From an uncultured Candidatus Saccharibacteria bacterium (GTDB lineage Bacteria; Patescibacteriota; Minisyncoccia; Sungbacterales; SURF-37), in the NCBI GenBank assembly GCA_964373475.1, contig CAYJUX010000001.1:1-34511 (forward strand): a DNA stretch of 34,511 nt, written 5' to 3'. The notes beneath the pieces were generated by a model that saw nothing but the letters and a program-made list of their open reading frames with translations, ran no database searches and was not told the origin of the DNA. A program made the translations under genes and the position numbers. Within the stretch, counting starts at the first letter, position 1. The number at the start of each line of letters is the position of its first letter. This document shows positions 8,605 to 16,199 of this stretch, piece after piece.

Positions 8605-9267
8605 ATGACAGTGAATGTCAATGTCTATAACCAAGAAGGGAAGGCGGCTGGCACGATGGAACTGCCGGAGGTTTTTAGCTCGCGCTGGAATGCCGACCTG
8701 GTGCATCAGGTGGTGGTGGGCCAGGCGGCCAATCGCCGCCAGAATGTGGCGCATGCCAAAGGCCGCAGTGAGGTATCGGGCGGCGGGCGAAAGCCGTGGC
8801 GCCAGAAGGGGACGGGGCGGGCGCGCCATGGCTCCATCCGTTCTCCCATTTGGAAGGGCGGCGGGGTGACGCATGGCCCCTTAAAGGAAAAGCAATATAA
8901 GAAAAAAATAAACCGGAAAATGGCGGCGCGTGCCTTGGCCCTGGTGCTGGCGGCAAAAGCGCGCGATCAGGAACTGGTGGTGATAGACGGCCTGGCGTTC
9001 TCAAGCGCCAAGACCAAGGAGGCCCTGGGCGTTTTTAAAAACCTTTCCCAAGAGAAGATGCTGGCTGATATCATCGCGAAACCGAAGCGGGCGCTGGTGC
9101 TCCTGCCGGATAGCGGCCAGGAACTGCGGCGCGCGCTCCGGAACATCCCGGCGCTGGAATTGGCGGAGGCCCGGAATGTAACGGCGCTTGATATCATGCA
9201 GAGAAAATATATCGTCCTCCCGAGGCCGAGCGTTGAAATTCTCATCCGGCGCCTTACCCATGTTTAA
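8605..9267 (+). CDS. rplD: 50S ribosomal protein L4
   Basis: MTVNVNVYNQEGKAAGTMELPEVF...GGGRKPWRQKGTGRARHGSIRSPIWKGGGVTHGP; ATG at 8605. Confidence 0.93.
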   Translation: MTVNVNVYNQEGKAAGTMELPEVFSSRWNADLVHQVVVGQAANRRQNVAHAKGRSEVSGGGRKPWRQKGTGRARHGSIRSPIWKGGGVTHGPLKEKQYKKKINRKMAARALALVLAAKARDQELVVIDGLAFSSAKTKEALGVFKNLSQEKMLADIIAKPKRALVLLPDSGQELRRALRNIPALELAEARNVTALDIMQRKYIVLPRPSVEILIRRLTHV

Positions 9268-9661
9268 TCCTTTTAAAAAATTTAAAAAAGCCGCCCCCCG
9301 CTCCGTAAGACCAAGGCGGCCCGTAGCGCCGAAAGCCGACGCGCCCGCCGAGGCGCCCCGCGCCGCCCTCCTCCCGGCCAAAGAGCGCCGCCTGGTCGGC
9401 TACCTGACGGTCCGGCACCAGACCGAAAAGGCCACCGCGGCCGAGGCCGGAGGATGGTACACCTTTCAGGTCCGCTCCGACGCCACCAAGGGAGGCGTTC
9501 GCAAAGCCGTTGAGGAGCGCTACGGCATCGCGGTGACCCGGGTGCGGATGCTCGCGGCCCGGCCCAAGGCAGTGCGGCTCGGCCGCATCCGGGGCCAGAC
9601 CCCCGGCTTCAAGAAAGCGATGGTGAAGATAGCGGCCGGGCAGTCCATAAACTTCACGTGA
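9260..9661 (+). CDS. rplW: 50S ribosomal protein L23 with a ~35-aa basic/Pro-Ala N-terminal extension
   Basis: The ATG at 9260 overlaps the rplD stop. C-terminal core YLTVRHQTEKAT...YTFQVRSDATKGGVRKAVEERYGIAVTRVRM...KKAMVKI. Confidence 0.88.
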   Translation: MFNPFKKFKKAAPRSVRPRRPVAPKADAPAEAPRAALLPAKERRLVGYLTVRHQTEKATAAEAGGWYTFQVRSDATKGGVRKAVEERYGIAVTRVRMLAARPKAVRLGRIRGQTPGFKKAMVKIAAGQSINFT

Positions 9662-9665
9662 GCAT

Positions 9666-9750
9666 AATGCAAATCTACGAATGGTATGCGAATGCCGCGA
9701 ATCACCTATCGCTATTCGTAGCATTCGAATGCGATTTGTAGATTCGAATT
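9666..9750. repeat. Long imperfect hairpin filling the rplW-rplB spacer (family F)
   Basis: aatgcaaatctacgaatggtatgcgaatgc pairs with gcattcgaatgcgatttgtagattcgaatt. Confidence 0.75.
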
Positions 9751-9757
9751 ACATTCC

Positions 9758-10579
9758 ATGAAGAAGTATTCCCCGACAAGTCCCGGGCGGCGCCAAGGAG
9801 AGATATTTGATACCGCTCTCCTGACCAAAAAAGAACCGGAGAAGCGGCTCACGGCGGGTTTTCATCGCGCCGTGGGACGGAATGCCCAGGGCCGCATCAC
9901 CACCCGGCATAAGGGCGGCGGCGTAAAGCGCCTGTTCCGGACCATTGATTTTCGCTACGACAAAAAGGATATCCCCGCCGTGGTAGAGGCCATTGAATAC
10001 GATCCCAACCGTACCGCTTTTATCGCGCTCCTCCGTTACGCCGATGGCGAGCGGCGCTATGTGCTTTGCCCCCAGGGCTGGCGGCCGGGATCAAAGTTCC
10101 TCGCCTCTTCGTCCGCGCCGGTGGAAACCGGAAATCGCCTGCCCCTGGGGTCCATTCCTGTCGGCGCGTTCGTATTCAACGTGGAGCTCGAGCCGGGGAA
10201 AGGGGCGCAACTGGTGCGATCGGCCGGAGTGGGCGCGGAAGTATTGGCCCAGGAAGGCGGCTACGCCCAATTAAAGCTCCCCTCGGGCGAGATCCGCATG
10301 CTCCCGGTCACCAGCTGGGCCACGATCGGCTCGCTTTCCAATTCGGAGCGCGCGCTCATGACCTGGGGCAAGGCCGGGCGCATGCGCCTGCGCGGTATCC
10401 GTCCGACGGTCCGCGGCTCGGCCATGAATCCGCGCGATCATCCCTATGGCGGCGGCGAGGGCCGACAGCTTCGGGGCACCAAGCGCCCCAAGACCATGTG
10501 GGGCAAAGTCACGGGCGGCGTAAGAACCCGAACGCCCGGCCGGTCGGATCGCCTTATCCTTCAGCGGCGCAGGAAATAA
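9758..10579 (+). CDS. rplB: 50S ribosomal protein L2
   Basis: 273 aa, ...GRNAQGRITTRHKGGG...RGSAMNPRDHPYGGGEG; canonical L2. Confidence 0.97.
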   Translation: MKKYSPTSPGRRQGEIFDTALLTKKEPEKRLTAGFHRAVGRNAQGRITTRHKGGGVKRLFRTIDFRYDKKDIPAVVEAIEYDPNRTAFIALLRYADGERRYVLCPQGWRPGSKFLASSSAPVETGNRLPLGSIPVGAFVFNVELEPGKGAQLVRSAGVGAEVLAQEGGYAQLKLPSGEIRMLPVTSWATIGSLSNSERALMTWGKAGRMRLRGIRPTVRGSAMNPRDHPYGGGEGRQLRGTKRPKTMWGKVTGGVRTRTPGRSDRLILQRRRK

Positions 10580-10581
10580 CC

Positions 10582-10902
10582 ATGGCCCGTTCACTCAAAA
10601 AAGGACCCTACATCCACCCGAGCATCACCAAATGGATGGGACGGGTGAAGCCGGGGGACCGCACACCTATCAAGACCTGGGCGCGCGATTCCACCATCAC
10701 GCCGGAAATGATCGGCTATACCTTCGCCGTCCATAACGGCCGCACCTTCACCGAGGTGCGGATCAGCGAGGAAATGGTGGGCCAGCATTTGGGTGAATTC
10801 TCGCCCACGCGAAAGTTTATCCGTCACGGCGGCCGCATCCAGCGTGAGCTGGAAATTAAGGCCCAGGAAGCGGCCAAACCCGCGGCTCCGCCGGCGAAGT
10901 AA
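10582..10902 (+). CDS. rpsS: 30S ribosomal protein S19
   Basis: MARSLKKGPYIHPS...GYTFAVHNGRTF...GQHLGEFSPTRKF. ATG at 10582, inside the longer ORF-track frame. Confidence 0.95.
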   Translation: MARSLKKGPYIHPSITKWMGRVKPGDRTPIKTWARDSTITPEMIGYTFAVHNGRTFTEVRISEEMVGQHLGEFSPTRKFIRHGGRIQRELEIKAQEAAKPAAPPAK

Positions 10903-10906
10903 CACC

Positions 10907-11422
10907 ATGGAGATCCGAACGGAATTGAATTATCTTCGCATGTCGCCGAGAAAGGTGCGCCTGGTTGCCGATGCCATCCGCGGCAAATCCGTGCCCGAGG
11001 CCGAGGCCGCGCTCCGGTTCCTTAGTCGCCACGCGGCCGCTCCCGTGGCCAAGCTCCTGGCTTCAGCAGTAGCTGACGCGCGTCAGAACTTCCAGTTCAC
11101 TTCGCCCGCCGCGCTGGTTATCCGTCACATCCGCGTGGACGGCGGGCCGATCCTGAAGCGTTCGCGGCCGAGAGCCATGGGGCGCTCGTTTCCCATACAT
11201 AAGCATACGAGCCACATCACCCTCATACTGGAGAGCCAGGGCCAGGCGCCGGAAAAGCGCCGGCGGAGGAAAGCCGATATTGCGCTCGTCAAAGGCGGAG
11301 CCCCGGTCTTGATTGCGCCTGAGAAACGGGAAAGCGCGCATACGGTATTCCGGGAACGGCCCAAAGTAATAACCAAGCCGACCGGTTTCGTACGGCGGAT
11401 GTTCCAGAGGAAAGCCATCTGA
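10907..11422 (+). CDS. rplV: 50S ribosomal protein L22 with a ~55-aa C-terminal extension
   Basis: MEIRTELNYLRMSPRKVRLVADAIRGKSVPEAEAALRF...; ATG at 10907. Confidence 0.92.
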   Translation: MEIRTELNYLRMSPRKVRLVADAIRGKSVPEAEAALRFLSRHAAAPVAKLLASAVADARQNFQFTSPAALVIRHIRVDGGPILKRSRPRAMGRSFPIHKHTSHITLILESQGQAPEKRRRRKADIALVKGGAPVLIAPEKRESAHTVFRERPKVITKPTGFVRRMFQRKAI

Positions 11423-11503
11423 TCAGTTTTGAGTTTAATGAGTCACGCTTCGCTACAGTTGTGTCAAATCGTAACCCATTAAACTGATTAAACTCATAAA
11501 CTC
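11423..11503. repeat. Imperfect hairpin filling the rplV-rpsC spacer (family G), centred on CGCTTCGC
   Basis: ttgagtttaatgag pairs with ctgattaaactcat; the central loop is agtcacgcttcgctacag. Confidence 0.65.
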
Positions 11504-11505
11504 AT

Positions 11506-12219
11506 ATGACTCATAGAGTGCACCCCTACGTATTCCGTCTCGGCCAGACCACGACCTGGAAGTCGCGCTGGTTCAGTGCCAAGCGCTTCCCGTCGTACCT
11601 GCGCGAGGACACACTCCTCCGGGAATGGCTGTGGCAGCGCCTCCGCGAGGCCCATGTTTCCTCCATTGAGATTGAGCGCTCGCCCAATGTCATGAACCTC
11701 ATCATTCGCACTTCCCGGCCCGGCATCCTGATCGGTCGCGGGGGCGAGGGCATTGAGCGACTCAAGAAGGACACGGTGAAGAAACTTTCATCATTCCAGA
11801 AAAAAGTCCGGCCCGGAGCGTCCCGGCGTATGCCGGCCGAGGAGCGCCGCGACCTGAAGCTCGTCATTGAAGAGGTACGCTCCCCGGAAACCGATGCCCG
11901 CATCGTGGCCGAGCAGATCCGGGACGACATTGAGAAGCGCATCCGTTTCCGGCGCATCCTCAGGCAGACGGTGGAGAAGGTGATGTCGCATAAGGAAGTG
12001 GAGGGCGTAAAGGTCATGCTCTCCGGCCGCCTGGACGGCGCGGAAATGTCGAGGACCGAGTGGTCCAAGAAAGGCCGCATCCCCCTGCAGACGCTCCGCG
12101 CGGCCATTGACTATGCTTTCACCGAGGCGCATACCACCTACGGCACCGTCGGCATAAAGGTGTGGATCTATAAGGGGGAAGTGTTTAAGGAGAGTGAGCA
12201 GGTTAAGCAAGTTAAGTAA
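11506..12219 (+). CDS. rpsC: 30S ribosomal protein S3
   Basis: MTHRVHPYVFRLGQTTTWKSRWF...; KH/S3 core. The last codons (QVKQVK-stop) lie inside repeat H1. Confidence 0.95.
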   Translation: MTHRVHPYVFRLGQTTTWKSRWFSAKRFPSYLREDTLLREWLWQRLREAHVSSIEIERSPNVMNLIIRTSRPGILIGRGGEGIERLKKDTVKKLSSFQKKVRPGASRRMPAEERRDLKLVIEEVRSPETDARIVAEQIRDDIEKRIRFRRILRQTVEKVMSHKEVEGVKVMLSGRLDGAEMSRTEWSKKGRIPLQTLRAAIDYAFTEAHTTYGTVGIKVWIYKGEVFKESEQVKQVK

Positions 12220-12267
12220 ATTAAGTGAATTAAGCTTAACTCGCTTAACTTGCTTAATTCACTTAAT
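12198..12267. repeat. Palindromic element, family H copy 1 (TTAAGCAAGTTAAG words), overlapping the rpsC 3' end
   Basis: gcaggttaagcaagttaagtaaattaagtgaattaagc + ttaactcgcttaacttgcttaattcacttaat. Both arms are identical to 21301-21396. Confidence 0.9.
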
Positions 12268-12278
12268 CAGCTCAAGTT

Positions 12279-12683
12279 ATGTTGCAGCCCAAAAAAGTCA
12301 AACACCGAAAATGGTTCAAAGGCCGTTCCCGCGGCATTGAGACGCGCGGAGCCGATCTGGCCTTCGGCAGTTTTGGCCTGAAGGCCGAGGAGGCGCGCTG
12401 GCTTACCGCGCGGCAAATAGAGGCGGCGCGGCGCGCCATTACCCATCATATTCAGCGCGGCGGCAAGGTATGGATACGGGTATTCCCGGATAAGCCGGTG
12501 ACGAGAAAGCCGCCGGAAGTTACGCTCGGCGGCGGCAAGGGGTCGGTCGACCACTACGTATTCCCGGTCCGCCCGGGACGGATCCTGTTTGAGATGGATG
12601 GCGTCTCGCCCGAAGTCGCCGCCGAAGCGCTCCGCCGCGCGGCCGCCAAACTGCCGTTACGGACCCGCATTGTTTCCGCCTAG
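12279..12683 (+). CDS. rplP: 50S ribosomal protein L16
   Basis: [19 protein letters not shown]...; canonical L16. Confidence 0.96.
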   Translation: MLQPKKVKHRKWFKGRSRGIETRGADLAFGSFGLKAEEARWLTARQIEAARRAITHHIQRGGKVWIRVFPDKPVTRKPPEVTLGGGKGSVDHYVFPVRPGRILFEMDGVSPEVAAEALRRAAAKLPLRTRIVSA

Positions 12684-12693
12684 CCCCCCCCTT

Positions 12694-12882
12694 ATGCGCG
12701 CCGCTGAACTGCGAAAAAAGACAAAAAGCGAGCTGGATGAGATCCTCCGGGAGCGAGCGCTCCGCGGCGAGGAACTCGTCACGCTCCTCCGGCAGAAGAA
12801 AACAAAGAACGTGAAAGAGCTCTGCGGCGTCAAGCGCGATATTGCCCGCATCCATACGCTCCGCCGCGCCCGCACATTATGA
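12694..12882 (+). CDS. rpmC: 50S ribosomal protein L29
   Basis: MRAAELRKKTKSELDEILRERALRGEELVTLLRQKK...; 62 aa, ATG at 12694. Confidence 0.9.
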   Translation: MRAAELRKKTKSELDEILRERALRGEELVTLLRQKKTKNVKELCGVKRDIARIHTLRRARTL

Positions 12883-13172
12883 CGAGAACATTCCAGGGGA
12901 CCATTGTGTCCAACCGCATGCAAAAAACGCTCGTGGTGCGCGTGGATCGCCTCCGGCAGCATCCCAAATACCGGAAGTATTATCGCGTTTCTGAAAAGTT
13001 CAAAGTCCATGCCGAGGACGCATCCGCCCACGCGATCGGGGACGTGGTCAAGATCACCGAGACGCGGCCGCTCTCCAAGGAAAAGCGATGGAGGCTGGTG
13101 CGGGTAATACGCCCGGCCCCGGCGCAACAGGAGGATCTGGCACCGGGAGAGGACGCAACCGAAACCGTATGA
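12879..13172 (+). CDS. rpsQ: 30S ribosomal protein S17
   Basis: [47 protein letters not shown]...; ATGA overlap with rpmC. Confidence 0.93.
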   Translation: MTRTFQGTIVSNRMQKTLVVRVDRLRQHPKYRKYYRVSEKFKVHAEDASAHAIGDVVKITETRPLSKEKRWRLVRVIRPAPAQQEDLAPGEDATETV

Positions 13173-13534
13173 TCCAACCACGCAGCATGTTGAAAGTAGC
13201 CGATAACTCTGGAGCCAAGCTGATCCAGGTCATTAAGGTGCTCGGCGGGAGCCGGCGCCGCTATGCCGGGTTGGGGGACGTCATCGTGGCCGCGGTGAAA
13301 ATAGCCGAGCCGAGAAAGGCCGTTAAAAAGAAAGATGTCGTCCGCGCGGTCATTGTTCGTCAGCGGCGCCTGCATCAGCGCGCCGATGGCACCGGCGTTC
13401 GGTTCGATGATAATGCCGCGGTCATTGTGGACGGGGTGGAGCCCAAGGGCGGGCGCATTTTCGGGCCGGTCGCGCGCGAGCTGCGGGAGCGGGGATTTGC
13501 CAAGATCATTTCGCTCGCCCCGGAAGTTATATAA
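13169..13534 (+). CDS. rplN: 50S ribosomal protein L14
   Basis: [27 protein letters not shown]...; the ATG at 13169 overlaps the rpsQ stop. Confidence 0.96.
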   Translation: MIQPRSMLKVADNSGAKLIQVIKVLGGSRRRYAGLGDVIVAAVKIAEPRKAVKKKDVVRAVIVRQRRLHQRADGTGVRFDDNAAVIVDGVEPKGGRIFGPVARELRERGFAKIISLAPEVI

Positions 13535-13537
13535 ACC

Positions 13538-13640
13538 TTTACGGATTACCGATGTGTACGGATATACCGATTCGAATTCGAATGGCCGGATACTCGTACG
13601 ATTTCCATCCGTATATCCGTATTGTTCCGTAATCCGTAAA
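13538..13640. repeat. Long imperfect inverted repeat, family D copy 2
   Basis: tttacggattaccgatgtgtacggatataccgattcgaat pairs with ...ccatccgtatatccgtattgttccgtaatccgtaaa. Same words as 247-374. Confidence 0.85.
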
Positions 13641-13645
13641 CCCCC

Positions 13646-13957
13646 ATGAAACTCAAAAAGGGCGACACCGTGAAGATACTCTCCGGCAAGGACCGCGGAA
13701 AACGCGGTAAGGTCTTGGGCGTATTCCCTAAAGAGGCGCGTATCCTGGTGGAAGGCGTGAATGTGAAAAAAAGGCACCGCCGTTCCCGGCGGCAGGACCG
13801 CAAAGGGGAAATAGTGCTTCTGCCGGCGCCGTTTCCCGCATCGATCGCCCAGCTTATCTGTCCCCAGTGCTCCCGGCCGACCCGGGTAGGAATGCGCCAG
13901 GAAGCGGCGGGCGCCAAAGTCCGGGTGTGCAAGAAATGCCGCGAGGTCATGGCCTGA
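13646..13957 (+). CDS. rplX: 50S ribosomal protein L24 (CxxC...CxxC variant)
   Basis: MKLKKGDTVKILSGKDRGKRGKVLGVFPKEARILVEGVNVKK...; the C-terminal part is ICPQCSRPTRVG...VRVCKKCREV. Confidence 0.92.
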   Translation: MKLKKGDTVKILSGKDRGKRGKVLGVFPKEARILVEGVNVKKRHRRSRRQDRKGEIVLLPAPFPASIAQLICPQCSRPTRVGMRQEAAGAKVRVCKKCREVMA

Positions 13958-13964
13958 TATGAAT

Positions 13965-14076
13965 CCCGTTGGGGACCGCGGTCGCGTATACGTATTTTGG
14001 AAATTAACCATGGAAAGCCAATTATCAGCAATTTATAGTAGCCGGGCGCGGCACGACCGCGACCTGTCTCTAACGG
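13965..14076. repeat. Long-range inverted repeat filling the rplX-rplE spacer (family I)
   Basis: cccgttggggaccgcggtcg pairs with cgaccgcgacctgtctctaacggg across a ~65-nt AT-rich loop. Confidence 0.6.
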
Positions 14077-14077
14077 G

Positions 14078-14641
14078 ATGAGCCAGGCATCCCTCCAGGA
14101 ACGATATCAGAGCGTTGCCGTGCCTAAGATGCAGGAGGCCTTTGGCTTTAAGAATGCGATGGCCGTGCCGAAGGTAGAGAAAGTGGTCGTCAATGCCGGC
14201 GTCGGACGGATCCGCGATGAAAAGCAGCACGAGGTCATCCGGCGGTCGCTGGCGCTCATTACCGGTCAAAAAGCCGCCGCGCGTACGGCCAAGAAAGCCA
14301 TCGCCGCCTTCAAGACGCGTAAAGGCCTCGTGGTCGGCTACCAGATTACGCTTCGCGGCAGGCGGATGTGGGATTTTCTGGAGCGCCTCATATCCATTGC
14401 CATCCCCCGGCAGCGGGACTTTCGCGGGATCAGAGAAAAATCGGTTGATGCCCGCGGCAATTTGACACTGGGCCTTAAAGAGCATATCGTTTTCCCGGAG
14501 ATGATCGGCGAGGATATGCCGTTCATTTTTGGCCTGGAGGTTACAATCACCACCACGGCGCGCCGCCGGGAGGAGGGGATGGCGCTCTTAAAATTCCTTG
14601 GTCTCCTGTTCAGCAGTGAAGACGAGGAGAGGAGAAAATAA
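14078..14641 (+). CDS. rplE: 50S ribosomal protein L5
   Basis: MSQASLQERYQSVAVPKMQEAFGFKNAMAVPKVEKVVVNAGVG...RDFRG...; canonical L5. Confidence 0.95.
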   Translation: MSQASLQERYQSVAVPKMQEAFGFKNAMAVPKVEKVVVNAGVGRIRDEKQHEVIRRSLALITGQKAAARTAKKAIAAFKTRKGLVVGYQITLRGRRMWDFLERLISIAIPRQRDFRGIREKSVDARGNLTLGLKEHIVFPEMIGEDMPFIFGLEVTITTTARRREEGMALLKFLGLLFSSEDEERRK

Positions 14642-14646
14642 CTATG

Positions 14647-14798
14647 GCACCCCGCACCAATTTTGCAACCAGTTCTCTCGCGAACCGCTTCGCCCATCGC
14701 GGGATGGCCTATTCGGCCACGCAGTTCGCGAGCATATCCGAAGTTATTACCACTCTGTGCACATGGCGAAAAAACAGCGCAAAATTGGAGCGAGGTGC
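14647..14798. repeat. Structured palindromic element, family A copy 3 (152 nt, inverted relative to copies 1 and 2)
   Basis: TIR gcaccccgcaccaattttgc / gcaaaattggagcgaggtgc. The core ctcgcgaaccgcttcgcccatcgcgggatggcctattcggccacgcagttcgcgag is the rc of the copy-2 core. Confidence 0.85.
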
Positions 14799-14799
14799 T

Positions 14800-14838
14800 C
14801 ATGTTTCTAGTCAGTCGCTTCGCTCCTGAAGAAACATG
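14800..14838 (+). promoter_or_regulatory. Hairpin sequestering the rpsN start codon
   Basis: catgtttct-(21 nt containing cgcttcgc)-agaaacatg. The 3' arm contains the ATG at 14836-14838. Confidence 0.45.
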
Positions 14839-15021
14839 GCAAAGAAATCCGTCATTGCGCGCGCGCTCCGCCCCCCGAAGTTCAAATCCCGGGTGGTACG
14901 CCGTTGCTTTCGCTGCGGCCGGAAACGCGGATATCTAGGCGCGTTTGATCTTTGCCGCATCTGCTTTCGGGAGCTGGCCAATAAGGGCGAAATACCCGGC
15001 ATCCGGAAGTCATCCTGGTAA
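14836..15021 (+). CDS. rpsN: 30S ribosomal protein S14, short zinc-binding type (type Z)
   Basis: 61 aa, [61 protein letters not shown]. Confidence 0.94.
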   Translation: MAKKSVIARALRPPKFKSRVVRRCFRCGRKRGYLGAFDLCRICFRELANKGEIPGIRKSSW

Positions 15022-15158
15022 AACCCTAAGCCCTAAACCCTAATCTCTAAATAAGTCCCAATGACCAAAGTCCAAATGACCGAAACACGTTCCGTTGAAT
15101 TTCGAACATTAGGATTTTGGATTTGTTTAGGGTTTAGAAATTAGGATTTAGGATTTTC
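15021..15158. repeat. Long imperfect hairpin, family E copy 2
   Basis: aaaccctaagccctaaaccctaatctctaaataag... pairs with ...ggatttgtttagggtttagaaattaggatttaggatttt. Central motif cgaaacacg. Confidence 0.75.
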
Positions 15159-15162
15159 GACC

Positions 15163-15549
15163 ATGGACCCCATCGCTGACATGTTCGTCCGTATCGTGAA
15201 CGGATATCGCGCCAAAAAAGAGGTAGTGATTTTTCCGCATTCGCGGCTGAAAGGGGAGCTGGCTAATATCCTGCAGGCAAAAGGCCTCATTGCCGGCGTG
15301 GAGAAAAAAGGCAAGAAGGTCCGCAAATTCCTTGAAGTAACGCTTTCCTACTCCCATGCCGCAGCGGCGCTTTCCGGGTTCCGCCGGGTTTCCAAACCCT
15401 CACGGCGGCTCTATACCCCGGCCAAGGCCATCCGCCCGGTCCGCGGGGGCCTCGGGACGCTTATCCTTTCCACCTCGCGGGGTCTCATGACCGGGGAGGA
15501 CGCAAGGAAAATCGGCATTGGCGGCGAGCCAATGGTAGAGGTATGGTAA
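15163..15549 (+). CDS. rpsH: 30S ribosomal protein S8
   Basis: MDPIADMFVRIVNGYRAKKEVVIFPHSRLKGELANILQAKGLI...; canonical S8. Confidence 0.95.
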   Translation: MDPIADMFVRIVNGYRAKKEVVIFPHSRLKGELANILQAKGLIAGVEKKGKKVRKFLEVTLSYSHAAAALSGFRRVSKPSRRLYTPAKAIRPVRGGLGTLILSTSRGLMTGEDARKIGIGGEPMVEVW

Positions 15550-15550
15550 A

Positions 15551-15643
15551 AAATAAAATAGTAAATATTAAAAATAAAAATTTTGGAAGTCGCCGGAGGC
15601 GACTTCAAATATTTTACTTTTTTCTTTTTACTTTTTAATTTTA
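15551..15643. repeat. AT-rich long hairpin with a GC clamp (family J)
   Basis: Central ggaagtcgcc-gga-ggcgacttc, flanked by complementary A/T-rich arms (aaaataaaatagtaaatatt... / ...aaatattttacttttttcttttta). Confidence 0.7.
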
Positions 15644-15646
15644 TAT

Positions 15647-16192
15647 ATGTCCCGTATCGGTAAACAACCCATTGCACTCCCCGAAGGGGTCAGCGTCGCC
15701 GAAGCCGGAGGCACGGTAACGGTCACCGGCCCCAAAGGAACGCTTTCCCTTATCCTCCGTCCGGAGGTGGGGTTATCTTTTGAGGGAAAGAGCGTATGCG
15801 TGCTGCCGGTGCGGGCGACCAGAAAAACTCCCGCCTACTGGGGCCTCACCCGTTCGCTCCTCGCCCGGATGGTGGAAGGGGTAAGCCGGGGATTTCAACG
15901 CAAGCTCGAGATCGAGGGCATTGGATACCGCGCCGCGTTGGAGGGCGCGTCCTTAGCGCTCGCGCTCGGGTTCTCCCATCCGGTGCGCGTGGCGGCGCCG
16001 GAGGGTATCGCGTTCAGCGTGGAAAAAAACGTTATTACCGTCTCCGGCATTGATCCGGTATTGGTGGGGGATGTTGCCGCCGGCATTCGCCGGCTCCGCC
16101 CGCCCGAGCCCTATAAGGGCAAAGGCATCCGCTATGCCGGCGAGATCATCCGGCGAAAATCCGGCAAGAAGGCCGTAAGCACGGGCGGCTAG
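15647..16192 (+). CDS. rplF: 50S ribosomal protein L6
   Basis: MSRIGKQPIALPEGVSV...GPKGTLS...; canonical L6. Confidence 0.95.
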   Translation: MSRIGKQPIALPEGVSVAEAGGTVTVTGPKGTLSLILRPEVGLSFEGKSVCVLPVRATRKTPAYWGLTRSLLARMVEGVSRGFQRKLEIEGIGYRAALEGASLALALGFSHPVRVAAPEGIAFSVEKNVITVSGIDPVLVGDVAAGIRRLRPPEPYKGKGIRYAGEIIRRKSGKKAVSTGG

Positions 16193-16199
16193 CCCTTCC

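Noticed and set aside
12980-14011. 343-aa minus-strand ORF spanning rpsQ-rplN-rplX; also similar long antisense ORFs at 17561-18796 (411 aa, opposite secY), 3372-4028, 5810-6436 and 18906-19577
   Set aside because: They lie exactly opposite unmistakable conserved genes. They have Arg/Pro/Gly/Ala-rich compositions typical of stop-poor antisense frames in GC-rich coding DNA. They show no recognisable motifs.
14644-14829. Possible small protein family encoded by family A elements (shared peptide-like strings NFA..RFAH.G.AYSAT.FA in ORFs 14644-14829, 7401-7625 and 2192-2482)
   Set aside because: The peptide similarity follows from nucleotide homology of a palindromic element. The ORFs lack consistent starts, stops and SDs. 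Substitutions are compensatory for stems rather than synonymous. Half of each element is unrelated in sequence. Structured DNA or RNA is the better explanation.
15021-15060. Telomere-like CCCTAAA/TTTAGGG repeats (aaaccctaagccctaaaccctaa; also at 1686-1700)
   Set aside because: There are only 2-3 imperfect units. They are embedded in hairpin arms within a bacterial operon, and the complementary arm is present nearby. The resemblance to plant-type telomere repeats is coincidental low-complexity sequence.
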